Positions 15,806-25,410 of a stretch of 44,810 bases of DNA are shown piece after piece. The stretch covers positions 1 to 44,810 of the forward strand of contig JACCLH010000009.1 of NCBI GenBank assembly GCA_013425375.1, given 5' to 3'. The position numbers were made by a program, and so were the translations under genes. The notes under the pieces are model-generated. The model did not search any database and was not told where the DNA came from. It saw only the letters and a list, made by a program, of their open reading frames with translations. This stretch comes from Candidatus Micrarchaeota archaeon (GTDB lineage: Archaea; Micrarchaeota; Micrarchaeia; Anstonellales; Bilamarchaeaceae). How positions within the stretch are numbered: the stretch's first letter is position 1; every line of letters begins with the position of its first letter.

Positions 15806-17329
15806 ATGGAAGACCCGTTCATTATGGCTGCCGAAGCCGCGCACAAGTGCCGGATAACATCGAACCCCGGCATTGAGAAGCTGAGGGAGATGGCAAGGCC
15901 AGATGAGCAGACGACAGAGTACGGAAGCGCCAACTACATAACTTCAGTTCGCTCGAGGAGCGCAAAATTCACGGAAATCGTGTTCACAGCTTCGCCCCAG
16001 CAGGAGAAGATGCTGGCAGAGGTGAGCGCATATCTGGATGGAAAGGAGCTCATAGCCATCGACCGCATCATGTGCCTGCGGGGGGGTTATGAGACCCCGA
16101 TAAGGCTTTTTGTGACAAAAAAGTTCGCCAGGCTCGCATACATGTGGGGAAGGATGCTTTTCGTGCCTGCCAAGGAGGTGGAACGGCCGGAGTTCACCAT
16201 CATCGATATCCCTGAATGGCCCGAGCGCAAAGTCCTCGTGGACCCTAAGAACTTCATCACGTTCATACTCGGCTCGGATTATTGCGGTGAGATAAAGAAA
16301 GCGGGCCTGCGCATGGTGATGTACGCGCACAAGACGAAGCGGGGCGGCCTCGGGTTGCACGCCGGCTCGAAGATACTCAGGGTGCTGGATGCCGGGGGCA
16401 GGGGGTTCATCGAAAAGGGGGTGCTTCTTTTCGGCCTGAGCGCGACAGGCAAGACGACGCTTACGTGCCACCACCACTGGCTGGACGCATCCAAAGGGGA
16501 GCGCGTGAGAATCAGGCAGGATGACATCGTCCTGCTCAACAGGGACAGCTCGGCGGTGGGGACCGAGGATAATTTCTACATAAAGACAGATGGCCTGGAA
16601 CCGGATTCGCAGCCGCTCCTCTACAAGGGCGCGACATCACCGAACGCGATACTGGAGAACGTGAAGGTGGATGGGGCTGGCAGGGTGGATTTCTTCGATT
16701 CGAGCATAACCTCGAACGGGAGGGGCGTGGTGATAAGGAAGGAGCTGGATTTCACTGATGCGTCCATAGACCTGGAGCGTGTGGATATGATGGTGTTCAT
16801 AACCCGGAGGAAGACGATTGTGCCACCCATAGCCAGGCTCAATCCGGAGCAGGCCGCAGCGTTCTTCATGCTCGGCGAATCCGTGGAATCCTCTGCGGGT
16901 GACCCGGCGCAGGCAGGGAGGCCGCTTCGCGTCGTCGGGACGAACCCGTTCATAATCGGGCCCCTGGAGGAGGAAGGAAACCGCTTCCTGGAGATTCTGA
17001 GGGCGAATCCGCATATCGAATGCTACCTCCTGAGCACTGGGGCATGCGGGGCACACCCCGGAGTGGATGATGGGGTGAAAATCACAGTGTACGATTCTGC
17101 GCGGCTGCTTGCCGATGCCGCCAGGGGCGCGATAAAATGGGAAACGGATCCTGATTGGGGTTATGAGGTGGCGGCCGAGGTCGGCGATGTGGATATGCGG
17201 CGTTTCGACCCGGAGAGGCACTACAGCGAAAACGAGTACCGGCGCCTGACCGAAGAGCTGAAAGCTGAGCGGCGGGCATGGCTAGGGCAGTTCAAAGGGT
17301 TGAAGAGGGAAATCGCCGGGGCAGTCTGA
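15806..17329 (+). CDS. pckA: Phosphoenolpyruvate carboxykinase (ATP)
   Basis: GSDYCGEIKKA, LHAG, P-loop FGLSATGKTT, QDD, FYIKT, ENV and NGR motifs. Confidence 0.88.
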   Translation: MEDPFIMAAEAAHKCRITSNPGIEKLREMARPDEQTTEYGSANYITSVRSRSAKFTEIVFTASPQQEKMLAEVSAYLDGKELIAIDRIMCLRGGYETPIRLFVTKKFARLAYMWGRMLFVPAKEVERPEFTIIDIPEWPERKVLVDPKNFITFILGSDYCGEIKKAGLRMVMYAHKTKRGGLGLHAGSKILRVLDAGGRGFIEKGVLLFGLSATGKTTLTCHHHWLDASKGERVRIRQDDIVLLNRDSSAVGTEDNFYIKTDGLEPDSQPLLYKGATSPNAILENVKVDGAGRVDFFDSSITSNGRGVVIRKELDFTDASIDLERVDMMVFITRRKTIVPPIARLNPEQAAAFFMLGESVESSAGDPAQAGRPLRVVGTNPFIIGPLEEEGNRFLEILRANPHIECYLLSTGACGAHPGVDDGVKITVYDSARLLADAARGAIKWETDPDWGYEVAAEVGDVDMRRFDPERHYSENEYRRLTEELKAERRAWLGQFKGLKREIAGAV

Positions 17330-17365
17330 AGGCATGCGATGCATCAAAGTGGATAATAGAGCGGG

Positions 17366-17899
17366 CTAGCGCCCTTTCCATATCGTTTCTGGCACCTTCT
17401 TCTTATAGTTCTCATATCGGCCAAGGACGAAAAGCAGATCGCCGACGCGGTTCATGTAGACAACGATGTCCGGATTGACCTTGTCCTTCTGTGATAGGGC
17501 GACGATGGCGCGCTCGACACGCCGGCAGACCGTCCTTGCCAGGTGGAGAAGCGATGCGGTCTTGCTGCCGCCAGGGGCTATGAAATGGTGGAGCGGCGGG
17601 AGCTCGGCCTCCATTTTATCTATCTCGGCCTCGATTTCGCTGACGCGTTTTGGGGCTATCTGTTTGGCCTTGCTGCCTTTCGAAGCCAGTTCTGCGCCTA
17701 TGACGAACAGGTCGCCCTGCACCCGCTTCAGGGATTCAGAGAGCGCGCCGTTATCTGAGAAGGCGAGGACGATTCCTAAGGTGGCATTGAGCTCATCCAC
17801 AGAACCATAGGCTTCCAGACGCGGGTCGCTTTTAGGGACCGCGGTGCCGCCAAGAAGAGAGGTGTTGCCCTTATCGCCGAATTTGGTATAGATGCGCAT
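17366..17899 (-). CDS. pduO: PduO-type ATP:cob(I)alamin adenosyltransferase
   Basis: IYTKFGDKGNT, RLEAYGSVDELN, FIAPGG, LHLARTVCRRVER, NRVGDLLF. Confidence 0.92.
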   Translation of the reverse strand: MRIYTKFGDKGNTSLLGGTAVPKSDPRLEAYGSVDELNATLGIVLAFSDNGALSESLKRVQGDLFVIGAELASKGSKAKQIAPKRVSEIEAEIDKMEAELPPLHHFIAPGGSKTASLLHLARTVCRRVERAIVALSQKDKVNPDIVVYMNRVGDLLFVLGRYENYKKKVPETIWKGR

Positions 17900-17948
17900 G
17901 AGGATAATCGTGCAAAAGAATAAATAAACGCGCCTGTTTTACATACCC

Positions 17949-18572
17949 ATGACGCTTGTCGAAGATTTCTCCCTGCTTGAGAAGCACGGTTTCAAGCTCT
18001 TGCCGTACTATCTTGCGAAAAATGAGGCCGATGCACTGAAGGCTGCCAAGAAGATAGGCTATCCGGTGGCATTGAAGATAGTGTCTCCTGAGGTGGAGCA
18101 TAAGACGGACATCGGCGGAGTCAGGATAACGCTCAGGAACGAGGAGATGCTCAGGAACGCCTACAAGGAAATCATGCAGAACGCCAATGGCCGGAAAGTG
18201 GACGGCATACTCGTCCAGAAGATGGCCAGGAAAGGCGTGGAACTGATAATCGGGGGCAAGAAGGACCCGCAGTTCGGGCACATGGTGGTGCTTGGCTTAG
18301 GCGGCATCTACGTGGAGATATTCAGGGACATAAGCGCTAGGATCTGCCCGCTTGTCGCATCAGACGTGGACGAGATGGTCGCTGAGCTCAAGGTACACCC
18401 GCTCCTTGAAGGCGCGCGGGGGAAGAAGCCGGTGAACAAGAAGGCATTGGAGGCCTTGGTGCTGCGGATGTGCAGGTTCATGGCCGAGGAGGATATAAAA
18501 GAGATGGACCTCAACCCGGTCGTATTCGACGAAAGGGGTTGCGATATAGTGGATGCCAGATTCAGCAGGTAG
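17949..18572 (+). CDS. acdB: ADP-forming acetate--CoA ligase, beta (ATP-grasp) subunit
   Basis: IGYPVALKIVSP..HKTDIGGV, ELIIG..KDPQFG, EMDLNPV. Confidence 0.9.
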   Translation: MTLVEDFSLLEKHGFKLLPYYLAKNEADALKAAKKIGYPVALKIVSPEVEHKTDIGGVRITLRNEEMLRNAYKEIMQNANGRKVDGILVQKMARKGVELIIGGKKDPQFGHMVVLGLGGIYVEIFRDISARICPLVASDVDEMVAELKVHPLLEGARGKKPVNKKALEALVLRMCRFMAEEDIKEMDLNPVVFDERGCDIVDARFSR

Positions 18573-18578
18573 ATTTTC

Positions 18579-19970
18579 ATGAAGAGAATGATCAAAAACC
18601 TCGGCCGGGTATTCGAACCCAAATCAGTCGCCATAGTAGGCGCTTCGGCCACACCCAACAAGATAGGCAATGTGCTGGTGAGGAATTTCCTTGACACCAA
18701 GTTCCCTGGCGCAGTCTATCCTGTGAACCCGAAGTATCCTGAGCTGTTCGGCCTGAAGTGCTATGCCAAGGTGAGTGACATCCCGGGCAAGGTGGATTGC
18801 GTCATAGTGGCTACGCCTGCCGAGACCGTGCCGGGAGTGATGCGGGACTGCGCCGACAAGAAAGTCGGCGGCGTGGTGATACTGAGCGGTGGTTTTGAAG
18901 AGGTCAACCGAAACGATTTGGCGCAGAAGCTCAGGGAGATAGCAGAAGCGAGCAACATCCCTGTGGTAGGCCCGAACTGCCTGGGTGTGTTCAACCCATA
19001 CACGAAAGTGGATAGCATCTTCCTGCCGATGTACAAGCTGGAGAGGCCGAAGGCAGGCAGCATAGCGTTCGTCACCCAAAGCGGAGCGGTGGGCTCCACA
19101 GTAGTGGACCTGATGGCTTATTACGGCGTGGGACTGTCCAAATTCATATCCTATGGAAACGGGACGATCCTCGATGAGAGCGATTACCTGGAATATCTTA
19201 TGCAGGACGAAAAGACAAAGACCATAATACTCTATCTTGAAGGTGTGAAGGATGGCCGGAAACTGCTGGCTGCCATGAAGAAGGTCAACAAGGTGAAGCC
19301 GATAATAGCCCTGAAGGCAGGGAAAGGTGCCGGAGGACAGGCTGCCGCCCGCTCGCACACTGGCAATATCGCAGGAAGCTATCTCGCTTACAATGCGGCA
19401 TTCAAGCAGGCTAAGGTGGCTGAAGCCGATGGGATAGATGAAGTGTTCGATTTCGTCAAGATATTCAACCAACCGAAACCCAAGGGGAACCGGATGGGGG
19501 TCATAACCAACGGGGGTGGGATGGGCGTCCTGACCGCTGATTATATAGAAAGCGAGGGATTGGCCCTGGCCCAGTTCAGCGAAGAGACCAAAAAGGAGCT
19601 GGCGGAGATACTGCCGGCTTATGGAACTGTCGCGAATCCGTTGGATCTGGTGGCTGATGCGGGCGTCGAGGCTTATGAGAAAGCTATAGGGGTCATGATG
19701 AAGGACCCGAATATCGATGGTTTGATTGTCATCATCCTGACACAGACACCACCCATAGATGAACGCATCATACATGTCCTCACAAAGGTTTTGGATGCGC
19801 AGACCAAACCGATAGCCACCATATCTGTCGGAGGCACATATACAGAGGTTTATAGGAAAATCCTTGAAAGCAAGGGGGTTCCGAGTTACAGCTCCCCAAG
19901 AGCGGCAGTCAAGGCGATGGAACGACTTGTGGTTTATTCTAAGTACTGCAGGCAGCTAGGCAAGAAGTAG
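18579..19970 (+). CDS. acdA: ADP-forming acetate--CoA ligase, alpha subunit
   Basis: PKSVAIVGAS, GPNCLG, TQSGA, phospho-His ARSHTG, ITNGGG, NPLDL. Confidence 0.92.
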   Translation: MKRMIKNLGRVFEPKSVAIVGASATPNKIGNVLVRNFLDTKFPGAVYPVNPKYPELFGLKCYAKVSDIPGKVDCVIVATPAETVPGVMRDCADKKVGGVVILSGGFEEVNRNDLAQKLREIAEASNIPVVGPNCLGVFNPYTKVDSIFLPMYKLERPKAGSIAFVTQSGAVGSTVVDLMAYYGVGLSKFISYGNGTILDESDYLEYLMQDEKTKTIILYLEGVKDGRKLLAAMKKVNKVKPIIALKAGKGAGGQAAARSHTGNIAGSYLAYNAAFKQAKVAEADGIDEVFDFVKIFNQPKPKGNRMGVITNGGGMGVLTADYIESEGLALAQFSEETKKELAEILPAYGTVANPLDLVADAGVEAYEKAIGVMMKDPNIDGLIVIILTQTPPIDERIIHVLTKVLDAQTKPIATISVGGTYTEVYRKILESKGVPSYSSPRAAVKAMERLVVYSKYCRQLGKK

Positions 19971-20024
19971 GGGGAGGGGGGAGTATAGTTCCAGTAATAA
20001 GCTTGTGTTGTTTGTTTTTAAGTA

Positions 20025-20044
20025 TATGTAACTATAGTTACATA
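20025..20044. promoter_or_regulatory. Perfect 20-bp palindrome, candidate operator
   Basis: TATGTAACTATAGTTACATA equals its own reverse complement. It lies between the TATA-like TTTTTAAG (~20015-20022) and the ATG at 20047. Confidence 0.65.
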
Positions 20045-20046
20045 GT

Positions 20047-20322
20047 ATGACTAACAAGCCATCTAGCACTCCGGATAGTGTGAATATTCTCTATATCTAC
20101 GACCTCAATGCTTCTGACAAGAAAAAATTCAACAGGACAAAACGGCTTTTCTACTATCATCTGGGGAGGCTTCCTTTGAAAAAAGAATCCTGGAAGACAA
20201 AATCCGCGTTCGCTGTGCCACCCAGGATGGAAAAGATGGTCGACGCATTCTTCAAACGTTTCGGAAAGGCGGTTATGGCCTATAAAGCGGTTGCAGAATC
20301 TATTGAAGAATTGGAAAACTGA
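20047..20322 (+). CDS. Small Cas2/VapD-like ferredoxin-fold protein (no CRISPR context)
   Basis: 91 aa; ILYIYDL first strand, basic helix (KKKFNRTKRLF) and W.TKSAF resemble the Cas2 YDI...Q.SVF pattern. Confidence 0.55.
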   Translation: MTNKPSSTPDSVNILYIYDLNASDKKKFNRTKRLFYYHLGRLPLKKESWKTKSAFAVPPRMEKMVDAFFKRFGKAVMAYKAVAESIEELEN

Positions 20323-20323
20323 A

Positions 20324-21937
20324 CTATCTGATTAGTGGAAGTATGGGGTCTCCCTGTAGCTCCAACTCGCACACATAAACGTCAAAATTGACCCCAGCCT
20401 TCGCCAGGACGGTCTTGTTTATCTTACCGAAAACACCGACTTTCTTCCCACTCACCATCACGCCACAGGAAATCTCAGGCTCAAAGGCCGGGTTCGGGGT
20501 TTTCTCCAGTACGAAATCAATGCCCATCTCGGCTGCCAGGGCCTGCAGGTGCCCGCGCGCATCAGCGAATTCCAGTTTCTTGTCCATGACCCCGAAAATC
20601 AGGTGTTTAGCGGTCTCCTGGCTCTTCTGCACCAGACCTATCTCATAGAATCTTTGGGGGAGCCGTTTCATCTTATTTATTTTGAAAGCATCCAACATAT
20701 CAGCCATAAGGCTTGGCCGGATCACAGTGTAATCCGCAGAGCCGGGATTGGTGATTTCTATCACGCCATCCCCCTGTCCTATGGCTGCCAGCTTCTCTTT
20801 GTTGGTGAGCATGAATGTTTTCATCTCCATGAAACCCATGCCACGCATTATGCTGTCCATGCCGTCATGGGTCCGCATCCCCTCACCAGGGCAGAAGAAA
20901 TCCGGTAATGTGGGTTTGAAGTTGTTGTAGCCATATGATATGGCGATGTCCTCAATGACATCTATCGGGCCCATGACATCGGCCCGGTACGGTGGCGCAT
21001 ATGCAATCCCTTTCTTGTATCCATATCCCATCCTGGCCAGGTGCTGCGCCATGTCGCTTTCACCAAGTTCCAGACCCAGCAGTCTGTTGGTCTCCTTCAG
21101 GCTTATCTTGACTGCTTTCGGGGCCAGGTCTGGGGAGCGGAACTTCTCCTTGCCGTAATGCATCATGACTTCATGGATGGTACCGCCCATATCAGCGAAT
21201 GTGCACACGATGATGTTGAGCGCCGCCTTGCACGAGTGGATGTCGGTCCCGCTCACCTCTATGAATACGTCTTTGGTGTCCAGGTCCACCCTTCCGGTCT
21301 CAGCCGAGTTCACCACAGGTATGAGGGCCATCACCTTACCTTTGGCATCCACGAACACAGGATAGCGGTCATGATCCTTGATGATATAACCATACTGCTG
21401 GCCTTTCTTATGGGTCTCCAGTATCTCCTTTGCGCTCATCGGGTGTTCTGCTCCCAATGGCGTGTATCGTATCTCTTCCGGCTTCATTGTCGTGTAGCTG
21501 ACCGGGAATTCTATTGCATGGAGGGGGTATATGCCCAGGCCGAACCTCTTCACCTTCCTCCCGAGGGTAGCCAACAATTTCTCCTGCAGAAGAACCATGT
21601 CCCTTATGCGTTGGTCATCGAACTTCAAATCCTTCACGACCGCGCAGACGGTATATGGCCTCACCGTAGCCACAGATGGGTGCACCACTACCGTGTAATC
21701 TGATTTTTTCGTTCCGTATTCCGGCAGCTTCTTGCCGTGGTATGCCTTCAGGGCCCTTGCCAGCCCTTCCATGGAGTACCAGTCCGGGCGGTTGGGTGTG
21801 AGTTCGGTTATTATCTTCTTCACTGTCGGTTCATATTCAGAAGGAGCACCGAGCTCGCTCAGCGAAGCTACCATCTTCTCTTTGGGCAGGTCGACCAGTC
21901 TTTTCATCTCCTCATACTCGAATTCCACCACGACCAT
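20324..21937 (-). CDS. pheT: Phenylalanyl-tRNA synthetase beta subunit (archaeal type)
   Basis: ELTPNRPDWYSMEGLAR, LQEKL, PPYRADVMGPIDVIEDIAISYGYN; start MVVVEF at 21937. Confidence 0.95.
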   Translation of the reverse strand: MVVVEFEYEEMKRLVDLPKEKMVASLSELGAPSEYEPTVKKIITELTPNRPDWYSMEGLARALKAYHGKKLPEYGTKKSDYTVVVHPSVATVRPYTVCAVVKDLKFDDQRIRDMVLLQEKLLATLGRKVKRFGLGIYPLHAIEFPVSYTTMKPEEIRYTPLGAEHPMSAKEILETHKKGQQYGYIIKDHDRYPVFVDAKGKVMALIPVVNSAETGRVDLDTKDVFIEVSGTDIHSCKAALNIIVCTFADMGGTIHEVMMHYGKEKFRSPDLAPKAVKISLKETNRLLGLELGESDMAQHLARMGYGYKKGIAYAPPYRADVMGPIDVIEDIAISYGYNNFKPTLPDFFCPGEGMRTHDGMDSIMRGMGFMEMKTFMLTNKEKLAAIGQGDGVIEITNPGSADYTVIRPSLMADMLDAFKINKMKRLPQRFYEIGLVQKSQETAKHLIFGVMDKKLEFADARGHLQALAAEMGIDFVLEKTPNPAFEPEISCGVMVSGKKVGVFGKINKTVLAKAGVNFDVYVCELELQGDPILPLIR

Positions 21938-21941
21938 ACAT

Positions 21942-23330
21942 TCACGAACCCCTTGCCTTCTCAGCCAGCTTCCTGACATAATCAGTATGATATTCGCCGC
22001 CAAGGCATGCAGTGCACAATGGCAGGCCTATGGCCTTCTTCAGCCCGTCCATGGAGATATAAGCCAGTGTATCAGCCCCGAGGAACTTCCCTATGGCATC
22101 CACAGACTTATCATCGGCAATCAGCTCCTTATAAGTGGACATGTCCACCCCATAGAAGCACGGTGCTTTCACCGGCGGGCAGGTTATGCGCAGGTGCACC
22201 TCTTTAGCGCCTGCCTTCCTGACCAATGCCACTATCTCCTTCAATGTCGTGCCCCTGACGATGCTGTCATCCACCAGGGCCACTGACTTTCCCCTTATAA
22301 TCTCACGAACCGGGTTCAGCTTGAGCTTGACCGCACCGACCCTCTTGGACTGATTAGCCATTATGAACGTCCTTCCGATGTACCTGTTCTTTATCAGGCC
22401 TTCCTCGCATGGCACGCCCAGCTTCCGCGCATATCTGGCTGCAGCCGTGCGTGATGTGTCAGGGACAGGCACCACAACATCCACTTTGGCCGGCGCCTCC
22501 CTGGCAAGCGCCTCGCCGAGCATGCTCCTTGCTTCATATACGCTCTTGCCGTTTATAGTGGAATCAGGCCTAGCGAAATACACATACTCGAACATGCAAT
22601 GCCTTGGTGTCTCTGGAACAAGTTGCTTCCTGACCATCTTCCCTCCATCCACGATGACAAGTTCCCCGCCCTTCACCTCGCCCTTGTACGGGATGTTATT
22701 TATATCCAGGGCGACAGTCTCTGATGCGAACGCTATGAAGCTCTCATTCTCGCCCCAAACCAGCGGTCGTATGGCATGCGGGTCGCGGAAAACGCCGAAA
22801 ACGCCATTATAGATGCAGACATCGGAATAGGAACCCTCGAAACGCTCCATTATCCATTTTGCCCCCTCCTCGAAACCCTTGCTTCCTGCCAGGGCGAATA
22901 CCATAGGCTCAGAGTCCACTGTGCTGGTATACTTATGGCCTTTTTCCTCAAAGGTCTTTTTCAGGTCGCCATAATTCGCCACATGGCCGTTGTGGGCCAC
23001 TGCAATATCCTTGTACATAGATGGCTGGACATCGCACATCCTACACTCGCCTATTGTCGGGTACCTGGTATGTCCTATGCCCATGCCTCCCTTCAGGGTA
23101 AGGTCCTCTGGCTTGAATACGCCGCTCACCAGTCCGATGCCCCTTCTCGCCTCCATGGTCTTGCCGTTATAGATTGCGAACCCGGCAGCGTCCTGGCCCC
23201 TATGCTGCAATGCGATGAGCGCACGATAGAGGAGCGGGGCTACGTCATCCCCGTTCTTGGCCAGTATGCCGAATATGCCGCATTCTTCCCCTTTCTCTTC
23301 AGAATAAGGGCTGGACACCCACACTCCCAT
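21942..23330 (-). CDS. purF: Amidophosphoribosyltransferase
   Basis: Propeptide EECGIFG, LQHRGQDAAG, GHTRYPT, CMFEYVYFARPDS, PRPP loop VDDSIVRGTT, C-terminal CTAC. Confidence 0.96.
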   Translation of the reverse strand: MGVWVSSPYSEEKGEECGIFGILAKNGDDVAPLLYRALIALQHRGQDAAGFAIYNGKTMEARRGIGLVSGVFKPEDLTLKGGMGIGHTRYPTIGECRMCDVQPSMYKDIAVAHNGHVANYGDLKKTFEEKGHKYTSTVDSEPMVFALAGSKGFEEGAKWIMERFEGSYSDVCIYNGVFGVFRDPHAIRPLVWGENESFIAFASETVALDINNIPYKGEVKGGELVIVDGGKMVRKQLVPETPRHCMFEYVYFARPDSTINGKSVYEARSMLGEALAREAPAKVDVVVPVPDTSRTAAARYARKLGVPCEEGLIKNRYIGRTFIMANQSKRVGAVKLKLNPVREIIRGKSVALVDDSIVRGTTLKEIVALVRKAGAKEVHLRITCPPVKAPCFYGVDMSTYKELIADDKSVDAIGKFLGADTLAYISMDGLKKAIGLPLCTACLGGEYHTDYVRKLAEKARGS

Positions 23331-23382
23331 ACCTTTACAATAGGAGATTCGCTTTTAATCGTTTTCCCAGCAACTCGTTCCT

Positions 23383-23652
23383 ATGGCAAAGATAGATACG
23401 CTCTCGCGCGAAGTGGAAAAGATAAAGGAACGCAACTCCCGCGTGGAAGGCGACAAGGCATGGGAGACGAGTTTCACCCGCCGCGCCATAATCGCCATCG
23501 GCACCTATCTGGTATCCGCAGTTTTTCTTGTCGCGATAAATTCCCAATATCCTCTTCTGGTGGCGTTCGTACCGGTTTTGGGTTTCCTACTCTCCAGCCT
23601 CACGCTCCCGCTTTTCAAGGAATGGTGGTTCGGCAGCAGGAAATCCGCATAA
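23383..23652 (+). CDS. Small conserved-type hypothetical membrane protein
   Basis: N-terminal coiled coil (IKERNSRVEGDKAWETSFTRR) followed by 2 TM helices. Confidence 0.7.
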   Translation: MAKIDTLSREVEKIKERNSRVEGDKAWETSFTRRAIIAIGTYLVSAVFLVAINSQYPLLVAFVPVLGFLLSSLTLPLFKEWWFGSRKSA

Positions 23653-23725
23653 CGCTTCCCGTCGAACGTCATTTGCCCATGCTTTTTAAATCGCCTCCAG
23701 CAATATCATCCCAGGTGTAATTCTC

Positions 23726-24886
23726 ATGAGACGCGTAGCAATCATAGGCGCAGGCATGACTGCCTTCGGCGAGCATTGGGAGCAGGGCTTCCGCGACCTC
23801 GTAGTGGAGGCAGGCATCCGGGCCATAACCGATGCAGGCATATCAGGTGACAGGATAGATGCAGGCTTCATAGGCACCATGGCCTCAGGCCGGCTTGTGG
23901 GCCAGGAGCATATAGGCGGCCTTCTCGCAGACTACATAGGACTCAATCCAATTCCGATTACACGTGTAGAAGGTGCGTGCGCATCAGGTGGCCTTGCGCT
24001 CAGGCAAGGTGTCATGGCCGTAGCCAGTGGCATGCATGACCTTGTCGTCGTAGGCGGCGTTGAGAAGATGACCGACCTCGGCGTCAACACTGTCAGCGAT
24101 ATCCTTGGCGGCGCAGGAGATCAGGAATGGGAGCTGTTTCTCGGCGCGACCTTCCCGGCCATCTATGCCCTTATGGCAAGACGGCATATGCAGGATTACG
24201 GAACCACCGAGGAGATGATGGCCGCTGTTGCTGTCAAGAACCACAAGAACGGCGCCAAAAACAAATACGCGCAATTCCAGAACGAGATAACCTTAGAGAC
24301 AGTCATGAAATCCAAGATGGTCGCAGACCCGCTCAAGATCTTTGACTGCTCACCGATAACCGATGGCGCTGCAGGCGTGGTCCTTGCCCCGATGGACATG
24401 GCTCAAAGCTTTGTCAAGAAACCGATAGAGATAATCGCCTGCGCCCAGGCAAGCGATACCATCGCTCTGCACTCGCGCGAGAGCCTCACCAGCCTCAAAG
24501 CCACCAGGGTGGCTGCCAAGAAGGCCTATGACATGGCCAAACTGACCCCAAAAGACATAGACGTGGCTGAAGTCCACGACTGCTTCACGATCGCAGAGCT
24601 CATGGCCATAGAGGATTTAGGCTTCTTCCCGAAAGGCCAGGGCGGCAAGGCGACAGTGGAAGGCAAGACTGCCATCGGCGCTGAAATCCCAATCAACACA
24701 TCCGGAGGCCTCAAGGCCTGCGGCCATCCTGTAGGCGCCACAGGCATAAAACAGGCAGTGGAATGCACCTGGCAGCTAAGGGGCGAGGCTGAAGGACGCC
24801 AGGTCAAAGATGCCCACATCGCCCTGAGCCACAACGTGGGTGGAAGCGGAGCGACCGCTGTCATCCACATCTATAGGAACCAGTAA
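23726..24886 (+). CDS. Archaeal acetyl-CoA acetyltransferase (thiolase)
   Basis: VEGACASGG (catalytic Cys), VGGVEKM, AEVHDCFT, INTSGGLKACGHPVGATG, HNVGGSG. Confidence 0.95.
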   Translation: MRRVAIIGAGMTAFGEHWEQGFRDLVVEAGIRAITDAGISGDRIDAGFIGTMASGRLVGQEHIGGLLADYIGLNPIPITRVEGACASGGLALRQGVMAVASGMHDLVVVGGVEKMTDLGVNTVSDILGGAGDQEWELFLGATFPAIYALMARRHMQDYGTTEEMMAAVAVKNHKNGAKNKYAQFQNEITLETVMKSKMVADPLKIFDCSPITDGAAGVVLAPMDMAQSFVKKPIEIIACAQASDTIALHSRESLTSLKATRVAAKKAYDMAKLTPKDIDVAEVHDCFTIAELMAIEDLGFFPKGQGGKATVEGKTAIGAEIPINTSGGLKACGHPVGATGIKQAVECTWQLRGEAEGRQVKDAHIALSHNVGGSGATAVIHIYRNQ

Positions 24887-24888
24887 GC

Positions 24889-25342
24889 CTACTTCTTCAC
24901 CCTGACGAAAAACAGTCCTGCGAAGAGCAGTATGAATGCCGCTGGCGCAGCGCATGGGTTCTCTATCTCGCCACATTTAACCGCAGCCTGCTTTGTGCAC
25001 TCATCGGCTGCCGCATAACAGACGCCCACCGAACCTTCCTGGCAGTCCGCCTTGTCATCACCGGTGCTGTACTGCGCCATACACGACTGGAGTTCTGAGG
25101 CGCATTCATCCACTGCCGAGCATTTGCCCTCAGCATACTTGCCGGCCATTATGGGGTAGCTTGTGCTCACACAGGCGGTTCCGCTCGCCTTGTAGCCTCC
25201 CGAGCGAGTCTATCTTCCCATGCTCATCGAACGAGCAGGACGCGCATGCCTTCCTATAGGAGGCTGCAGCGCAGTCTGCAGCGAACGCCAGAGGCGCCAG
25301 AATCAATCCAAAAACCAGGATCGCGATGATGATTTTTGACAT
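24889..25342 (-). pseudogene. Cys-rich secreted, C-terminally anchored protein split by a frameshift near 25205
   Basis: The 5' frame gives signal peptide MSKIIIAILVFGLILAPLAFA then ADCAAASYRKACASCSFDEHGKID. A second frame continues SGGYKASGTACVSTSYP...CAAPAAFILLFAGLFFVRVKK*. Confidence 0.7.
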
Positions 25343-25410
25343 AGTATTCATTCTGAGGATAGGTTAAAATAAACAGTGCATACGCGCAAAAAGATATAGA
25401 AAATAAAGAG

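Noticed and set aside
18624..19775. Long antisense ORFs (e.g. 18624-19775, 2448-3353, 11585-12514, 22776-23720, 36430-37575)
   Set aside because: Shadow frames of well-supported genes with biased codon usage; no recognisable motifs.
19970..19982. G-rich tract after acdA as a G-quadruplex
   Set aside because: Only two G runs, too few for a convincing intramolecular quadruplex.
20029..20036. TAACTATA resembling the start of the I-CeuI homing site, as a target for the LAGLIDADG protein
   Set aside because: Only 8 nt match and it is explained by the palindrome. Nothing links it to the ORF at 201-1193.
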